64,000 bases of DNA from Amoebidium appalachense. Its lineage: Eukaryota > Protista > Ichthyosporea. How positions within the stretch are numbered: the first letter of the stretch is position 1; every line of letters begins with the position of its first letter. Where the stretch lies: NCBI GenBank assembly GCA_963693365.1, contig CAVNZM010000012.1:7506001-7570000 (forward strand), written 5' to 3'. Under the pieces are notes generated by a model. That model was not told the origin of the DNA. It saw only the letters and a program-made list of their open reading frames with translations, and ran no database searches. The position numbers and the translations under genes were made by a program. This document shows, one piece after another, positions 55,681-64,000 of the stretch.

Positions 55681-56120
55681 CCAGCTGATACCGAGTGTCC
55701 CAGGGGAGCCCTAAAAAATAAAAAAATATAAAAAAATAAAAAAACGGGGAACCCCAACTAATTGATTTTTCTTAGTCTTTATGGTGTCTCGTAGAGAAAG
55801 TAAACCCTGATATATAGTCATCACCCGACATCTATGTACGTGATCATGATATACCGCTGAGGGGATATTCCGAACAAAAACCCCCCCATACCTGAGACTG
55901 GTCTCTCTTTGCCTCGAGTAAACAGCGTAAACCCCTTCACAACATCTGACCAGATCACATACAAACACCACATACCATACATATATGATAGTAAGCGGCT
56001 AACCCCACTTCATAGACTTCACACAGTTTCCTTTTATGGAAAATCATAGACGGTGTACTTGCCTACACATTGAAGATAAGCATTGCCAGCAATGTTAACC
56101 AATCAAACACATTCATTAAT

Positions 56121-57317
56121 TCAACCACTAATAGCTGCGACCACAGCCGCAACATCCCCCTGATACATAGCCAGTAGTTCGCAGTTTTTATAAACGTCCA
56201 CCAATCCCACAGTAGCAAGTTGCATCAGCTCAATTTCCCATTCGTTCTCCTCCTCCCCCTCAATCACATCCTCAATTCCACCGTAATCGGGTACCGGCGC
56301 CAACGCCAAAAGGTTCTTCATACTGAAAATTGGTTTCATAATCACCGGATTCTCCTCGGCCTGGGCTGAACCTGTCTCGGAATCCAGGAGAGTAAATTGG
56401 ACTTGGCGGGTTTGATAACGAGGGGAAGGGGTCGGCGTGTAGTCTTTTACAGGCACGGGTGGTGGTGGGGCAATAGGCGAAAAAATGACATTTTCGTGAA
56501 TTATTCCGTGATTATTGGTAGTAAATGCCCCTCCGGGGGAACTATCGTTCAGCCGGGGTTCACCATTCCACTCTTCTCCTTCTGCATCCATGTTTCCCAT
56601 ATTTGGTTCACTTACGCTTCTTTTGATTCGTTCTTCCATTTCCTCCCTACGTGAAACACGCATACTCTCCTGACGAAGGGGGACTGGCGGGGGCGCACGG
56701 CGCGGCGGCTCGAACCGTGATTGGTTGATATAGTAATTCCCAGGAGAGATGACGGTGTTTTGGATGGGTGACTCCACGCTTAACAGACCCATTTCATTGG
56801 GTCGTGGCTCTAGGTTAGCCGTTAAAGGTGGGGTTTCCAGGACGGCAGAAGTTAAAACGGCAGTAGAGTTGCTATTTTGGCTCATGCCTGATTCCTGGCT
56901 CGCGCTGTGGACGAATCCCGGCTTTGCATCTTCTGACGTCCGCCTGCTGATTGGAGCGATATCAGGCACTCCTGATGCCACTACCCCGGCCGTATGCCCG
57001 TTTTGGAAGGCGAGCGATCGTGCTTCGGCGGCTGGTGCGAGATTTGAAAAAACCGGTTTTGATTGGGAGGAATTTGGGCTTGTGTAAGGGGTGGTAACGG
57101 GGGAACCGAGTGTTACACGTGCAAAATCACTGCACGCAAATTCACCGGGGCAGTGGGGTTTGACGGACGATACACAGTTCTTGTGTGCGTGAAAGCCGCA
57201 ACCGGTGCACCTGTGTGTGAGTGTGTGTGTGTGAGTGTGTGTGTGTGTATAGGTGTGTGTGTGTGTGTGTGTAGGGGGGTGGGGGGGGCGGGGGGAGAAT
57301 TGAGTGAGTGAGTGTAT

Positions 57318-57348
<31 letters not shown>

Positions 57349-57844
57349 GGGGGGGAGTGAGTGAATGTGTGCGTGTGTGCGTTCGTGATGTGCGTTTGCG
57401 AGAAAGGAGGAGGAGGGGGGAGGGGGAGGGGGGAAGTTAAAGAGTAATATTCACGTTCAAATCCTTATAGGAATATACGTGTAGAAAAGTTTGGCCTCCA
57501 TCCACCCACCTTTCCCTATCACAATATAGGTTTTCTAACACAATTACACAAAAACAAAAAGTGACTCTCTCAATCCCTCGTGCCCCCCCCCCCCCCCCCC
57601 CTTCAGAACATCATTTTCGTTATCGAAAAACAAACAAAATTCGAGTAAAAACTACGAGGGAAACAGGAAGTATACGGAACGGCACACGAGTGTGATGATG
57701 GTTTTGGTTACGGTCGTGATGTGGTGGTGGTGGTCAGGAGCCCCCCCCCCTCGGAATCAAACTCACTCCCATTCCACATATCTCTTCATACATACATACA
57801 CGCATACACAAGCATACACACGCCCCAATCCCCCCCCTCCCCCC

Positions 57845-57875
<31 letters not shown>

Positions 57876-58040
57876 ACCCCCACACAATAAAAAGCCCCCA
57901 CCTGTCCATAATCTACCCCACTCCCCCCACTCCCCCCCCCCCCCCCCTTCCTCCCCCCCCTACACACACACACACACATACACACCCCACCGACACCCAC
58001 TCACCACCCATCCACACACCCACACTACACACACCACACA

Positions 58041-58083
<43 letters not shown>

Positions 58084-58435
58084 ATCACTCACCGTACATC
58101 CCAAAAGACCATCAAAACCCACCTGAAAGTGTTGCGGATGAGAATCCCCTTAAACGGTCGCGCGCACAAACTGCACACAATAGCCTCTTTATACGACTTT
58201 TCGACAAATTCATGTTCCTTTTTGCAATACGCAATGCCCCCATCGGCGCTGAATCGCTGAAAAACACGCCCGGGGAACAGGCATGAGAGGAATGGGTCCC
58301 CCTGGTGATTGCCAATTATGGGCAATGCCGATTTGATTCGATACGGGCAGAGGGCTGCACCCATGTGATGGTTGCATGCGTCGTGGAATAAGAGTCCGCA
58401 TACCTTGCACTGTTGACCGTGGCCTGTTTTTACGG

Positions 58436-58514
<79 letters not shown>

Positions 58515-58725
58515 GTGTGTGTACGTATACGCAGCACGCGTCCATGCGCGTGAGTGTGTATGTGTGTGTGTGTGTGTGTGTGTGCGTGCGTGCGTGTGTG
58601 TGCGTGTGTGTGTGTGTGTGTATGTGGTGTTTTGGTGAAAAAGAAAGCAGGTGGTCGACGGGTAGGTAAGAGAAGAAGCCAGGGAGATTTACACGAGTGA
58701 ATGTAGAACGTGTTTGGCGAGGTTT

Positions 58726-58793
<68 letters not shown>

Positions 58794-59347
58794 GCACATG
58801 GGTTGGTGTATTTGCGCTGACGCAAGCACACACAGAATGTGAACAAACCATGTGCGAGATCAACCCATTGTCACATGAGAAAGAGGACAAGGAGATTCTG
58901 GAAAAAAGAGAGGGTCAGTAGGGCAAAGGGGTTGAGCCTCAGGGGAGGGAGGGTGGGGGGGTGGGGGGGGGGGGTATATGACAAAAGTTTAAGTTGTAAA
59001 CCCCCCCCCCCCCCCCCCGCCTCACCTCCTTCTTCCCCCCCCCCCCCTCTTCCCTTTCCCAAGCCCTTCCCCCCTCCCCCCCCCCCCCCTCCTTCTCTAC
59101 CCCCGCTTTTTCTTCCCCAAGCCCTCCTATCATACACTGGGACCAGAAGGAACACAGCAAAAACTAAATAAAAATGGTAGGAACTCAGACCTCGGGAAAC
59201 AAAATGCCCATCTCCAGCGCCGCCTCCTCCTCCCCCCCCCCCCCCCCCCCCTCTTCCCCTCCCCCCCTCCCCCCCCCCCCCCAAAAAAAAAAACACGAAC
59301 ACGCACATACATGCACCGAGGTGCACGTACACATCCACACTCAAAAG

Positions 59348-59423
<76 letters not shown>

Positions 59424-59745
59424 GCACGCACATGCACATGCACATGCACCAACACACGAGTTTTGCTTTATTCGTACGATCCCCTTGTACAAACACAAGA
59501 CGACCCACCGAAAAAGTCAAGTAGCGGACGGAAAGTGAGGAGGAAGGAGAGGGGGGAAAGGGAAGGAGGAGGAGGGGGGGATCCACCTTATCACATAAAC
59601 CGCAGAAACCGGGGCCTTTGCAAACTACCGTTATGTGAGACGCCTTGTCTAATAATTCACCAAGAGAGGGTGAAATATCCGATGTGTGTCCACCATCCTG
59701 AGGAGGTTGGGGTTTGTTCGCTCCAGGTGTCGCCCACAATGCCAT
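56121..59745 (-). CDS. Tandem C1 (PKC-type zinc finger) domains, Pro/Ser-rich linker and C-terminal UBA-like domain
   Basis: Exons 59745-59587 (H..CGLCDK), 58423-58123 ([12 protein letters not shown]...C; [17 protein letters not shown]) and 57210-56121 ([13 protein letters not shown]...C; end [37 protein letters not shown]). The last two join in phase. A small exon between the first two was not located and the start is uncertain. Confidence 0.75.
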
Positions 59746-61302
59746 GTTGCCACAATGTATTTAGAAAGGAGAAAAAAAAGTGATTGAAAAGAGAAATGGG
59801 ACCCTATCAACGAAGGAAGAGAGTATGTCCGTGCACACACGCGCGTGGGTGCACGTTTTTGCAAGACGGTGGAGGTGGGGGAAGGGGGGAAGGGAGGAGG
59901 GTGTGGAGGTGTATGTGAATAGAGACCTTTTTCACTTATGAGGAGTCAATTGAGTCAAGACGGTTACCAAGAAGTTCTATTGACACTTCGTGTATAACGC
60001 GTCAGTAAGGGAACTCTCAGCACAACCTTCCCAAAAAAAAAAAAAAAAAAAAAAGACGAGGTCAAGACGGGACGATCAGAAAATGAAAAAAACTTCACAG
60101 AGTATGAGTGTCTGAAATAGATTGTGTTACTAATGTGTGCTGTCAAACACTAAGAAAAGAAATATGCAACTTCTAAAAAAGTTCGCCTGGCACCAACTTT
60201 TGTGTCACTGTGAGTGTGCAGGGCACTGTGTGCAGCCTTGTGGGTTGAAGTGCACACTTACAGTGCACACAGTGTTTGTGTGTGGATTGGTTTGATCGGC
60301 TCGACCAATGGATCTCGGTATAGAAGCGCAAGACATCACAAATGCATGATTATAGTCGAATAAAAACACAAAATGTTTTTTTGCAACTATTAGCCCGGGC
60401 CGGCCCGCTGTTGTGATTGATCGAGCATATGACAACCATGGCTTCTCCTCCATAAAAGTTTACCGTTACAAAAATAAACATAATCTAAACAAAAAATGCT
60501 ATATAATTTATTAATATTACATTTAACACTTTATTTTTATTTTTTTTGTGGGTTTTGCAGACACGTTTTTGAAACGTCTGGGCAATTGTGATTCGTGTGA
60601 TGGGATTCCTGGGAACCAATGATTACTCAGAACAATTCTACCTATTTAGCCACATACCTGGAACAAAAAAGCAGGGCGACCCCAAGGCTATCCCTGGAAT
60701 TATTTCAAATGGGTGACCCTCCACGAATCATAATTCTCTAAACTAAAGAATTAGCCATAAAAGGCTAATGAATTCTGCACGCCCCTTTTGATGATTGGTG
60801 TTCAGTGACTCACGGGTGTAAACACGTGTGAAGTCAAACTCAAGTCTTGTGTCCATGTGTTTTGTCACTTTTGTGCGCGGGTGCGCACTGCATATGTACA
60901 ATAATTATGTATTGAGTTTCCCTATTTTAAAATATTCTAGGGATGGCGCAATAACGGCGGATGGGAGATGCGAGGAGAGGAAATGGGACAAGCATAATGC
61001 AATGCATTGACACCACCAACTCTTCCGAATATTCGTGCTCTGGGCGCCCCAGAGAGAGAGAGGCACCTGGGACTCGGGAGGCTCAGCAAGCTTGGTCCTT
61101 TTTTTTTTTTTTTTTTGCAGCGATTTGATTGCAAAGGTGACTGAAGCATGCGCGGAGGCTAAAGTGGGGCCGCCGGGTCTCCAGAGGGCCAGGGGACCCG
61201 GGAGGGAATGCTATAGGGAGGAAGGGGAGGTGGAAAAGAAGGGGGGTTTTCAAAGGTACCAATCTCTAGATCTCGAGATCTCCCTCCCTCTCTCTCTCCC
61301 CC

Positions 61303-61344
<42 letters not shown>

Positions 61345-61919
61345 CCCCTCTCTCTCCACAGGTGAAGAACTACTGAAATTGGGAAAGTCGATTCCACCAT
61401 CAATTACTCCCGGAGGAAACATTGATGCGCCGACATCACCATAAATTTATCCCCTCCTTGGCATAGATGTGCAATTGACGCCGCCTATTTTTCCCCTAGG
61501 AGACATGCATGCACAAATGACACCGTGAATTGCTGCTTTTATTATAATCGGTGCCGGCAATGCCTCCAGCAATTATACCAGCTGTGATTGGTAATGCCAA
61601 TCACAGCAACAATTTCCTATAGCTATTACGTCCTTTGTATGGCGAGCTACAGAACAGCATACGTACATGTAGCATTACGTTCTGCAACAACCAGCGTCGC
61701 TTCAAAAACAAACATTTTAATCCTCGTGCTAGGATTTTGTCAGTAGAAGAAAATGGCAACACTTACAATGGTTAGGTTGTTGATATATCGCCGAGATCGA
61801 CTTTGAGGCATCATGCTACATTGCAGATCATGATATGGTGAACTGCAACACCGAGCAGAAAAAGAAGGGGGAGGAGGAGGAGGGGGAGGAAGGTGGGGGG
61901 GGGGGGGGGGGGGGGAGGG

Positions 61920-61999
<80 letters not shown>

Positions 62000-62578
62000 C
62001 GGAGAGAGACAGAGAGAGGGGGGGGGGAGGAAGGGGGGGAGATGGGGAGAGGGGGGAAGAGGGGGGGGGGGGGGGGGGTGGGGGAGGCTGAGAGAGAGAG
62101 AGAGAGAGAGAGAGAAGGGGGGAGGGGGAGGGGGGGGGGGGGGGGGGAGGATGGAGAGAGAACACAGGTTCCAAGTTAGCAAAGTACGAAAGTCTACCTA
62201 TGCTCCTAATACGGCACCATATATCCTTGCTGTGCACGTGGGCAGTGCATGCAGTGTGCAGGTGTAATTCTATCCCCTTGATCCCCTTGTTGCTTACGTT
62301 GTCTGCATGTGGCAAGCTGTGTGTGAGTGCGCACTCCTGCACGCGTGCGTTCTAGGTGGTTGCGCACACACGCATGTATGTGTGTATGTGTACGCATGCA
62401 CGTTTGGTCAGATACGATTCTCGATGGATGCTGTGTGTAGGCGGTGTGGGTGCTTGTGCTTGAATATGTGTGCGCGCAAGCGTGTGCATGTGCATACATA
62501 CGTTATTACCCACACATGTAGGCTGGCGGGGCTGTGTAACTAAGTTGGCATGGGTTGCTCGTGTGTGTCACTGTGTGT

Positions 62579-62618
<40 letters not shown>

Positions 62619-63006
62619 GTGTGCGCGCATGCGTGTGTGTGTGTGTGCGCGCGCGATAATGTGTGTGTGTGTGTGCCGCTTCTTTGGTTTCTTCGCCGGT
62701 GCATGTACACCCTTATGCATGTAACTGTTCCACAAACCGGCCCCATACCCACCCGTATCCCCACATTTGCACTGACACCGTCTGTGTGGCTGGGAGAATA
62801 TCAGCCATTCACCTCACCTTCCAGAACATACACCTGAACTTGCTATTAGTTTTCATGAGCTTTGCTTGGTTTTGTTACTGTGTCCACGCCTCTCCCCTTC
62901 TCTCTTGCAGAGTTGGAGCCGTACTTGAATTCTTTCTGTCTCTCTTGTTTCTTTCTTATTCTTCTTCTCCTCTTTTGTGTGTGCGTGTGTGTTGTGTGTG
63001 TGCGTG

Positions 63007-63065
<59 letters not shown>

Positions 63066-63074
63066 ATGTGTGTG

Positions 63075-63112
<38 letters not shown>

Positions 63113-63169
63113 TGTGTGTATGTTAGGGGGGGGGGGGGGGGAGGGGGCGTGCACCAAGGCTTAAATCAC

Positions 63170-63395
63170 TCAGGTAGTCTGTTACATAGTCGTGCAGATG
63201 CAAGGCCATGTGGTAGCTGATAGACACGGCCCAATCACCGTTCAGCTTGTGATATTCCTCGCGGTGCTTCTAAAGCAGGTCCCACAGCACAATGCTGTCG
63301 TTGGGGAGATACGACCGCAGGGCATTGTCCACAGCCGAGAGAAGAAGCTGGCACCAAGCACATGTCAGTACCTGACCCATCTGAATGACCGGGCT
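63170..63395 (-). pseudogene. Possible CACTA/EnSpm-superfamily transposase fragment
   Basis: Minus-strand translation ...WDLL*KHREEYHKLNGDWAVSISYHMALHLHDYVTDY resembles the H-x-x-L-H-L-x-x-x-x-x-D-Y/F(GP) motif of CMC-type transposases. It has an in-frame stop. Confidence 0.4.
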
Positions 63396-63680
63396 AAAAA
63401 AAAGTGTCAGGTCTCGGAGTCCAGGCTTTGCTGACCAATTTTTCCAGTACCGAGTATGATCGATCAGATGCACGACGTTTTTTTTGGTTTTGTTTCTAGT
63501 TCCCCCATTTTGTTTTGCCTTTCCTGTCATTTCTTTCTTTCTTTCTTCTTTTTTTTTTTTTTTTTGGTGGGTGGGTGGGGTGGGTGGGGGAGGCGGTTGG
63601 AGGGGGGGGGGGGGGAGGGGGGGGGGAGGGGGGATTCCTCAAAACAGAATGATTGTGATGCCTTTCCTTTCCATAATACC

Positions 63681-63741
<61 letters not shown>

Positions 63742-63906
63742 GACACACACACACACACACAAAAAAAAAACAAAAAAAAAAACTTACACATATCCCCATA
63801 CACACGCAAGCACCTAAACCACCACATACACGCGTGCGCAGGGGAGTGAGATAGGAAGAACGGAGGTGTGTGTGTGTGTGTGGGGGGGGGGGGGGGGATG
63901 GAGGGG

Positions 63907-64000
<94 letters not shown>

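Larger units (their letters stand above)
41909..55744 (+). mobile_element. LINE-B: degenerate APE-RT non-LTR retrotransposon (ORF2 only), split by the Ngaro insertion
   Basis: APE start LSFFFWNAR at ~41912. It resumes at 52574 (GIIVL..VYYPPS..ILGDFN..SDHSP). RT motifs KSCGPDG, FRPITL, QGSLLSPFLFNL, YADD, YKYLG lie at 53570-54530. A-rich tail 55713-55744. Many stops and frameshifts; related to LINE-A. Confidence 0.88.

Noticed and set aside
60940-61443. Possible short plus-strand exons
   Set aside because: No consistent frame, start codon or recognisable motif.

Overview
Eukaryotic genomic DNA, probably from a unicellular opisthokont (ichthyosporean-like holozoan or early-diverging fungus; this is inference only). 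It carries intron-rich genes whose introns are packed with poly-G/poly-C and (GT)n/(CA)n tracts, so most ORFs in the track are repeat artefacts. Four host genes were reconstructed by hand from splice phases: (1) a ~1176-aa type I membrane protein with two polybasic furin-type sites (2717-10195 +); (2) an RGS-domain + cysteine-less LOV-like PAS protein (22352-30959 +); (3) a small C10orf143-like protein (35531-39710 +); (4) a tandem-C1 + UBA protein (56121-59745 -). There are two nested transposon islands. LINE-A (~12.6-20.7 kb) contains a solo LTR and a truncated Copia. LINE-B (41.9-55.7 kb) contains an internally deleted Ngaro tyrosine-recombinase retroelement with A1...B1-A2-B2 split repeats, which in turn contains a near-intact young Copia. 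A tRNA-derived SINE with a 14-bp TSD, hAT and CACTA-like transposase remnants and a small MITE-like palindrome are also present. The most interesting leads are the degenerate RGS-LOV protein and a recurrent intron polarity (G/GT-rich 5' end, C/CA-rich 3' end) that could fold introns and bring splice sites together.
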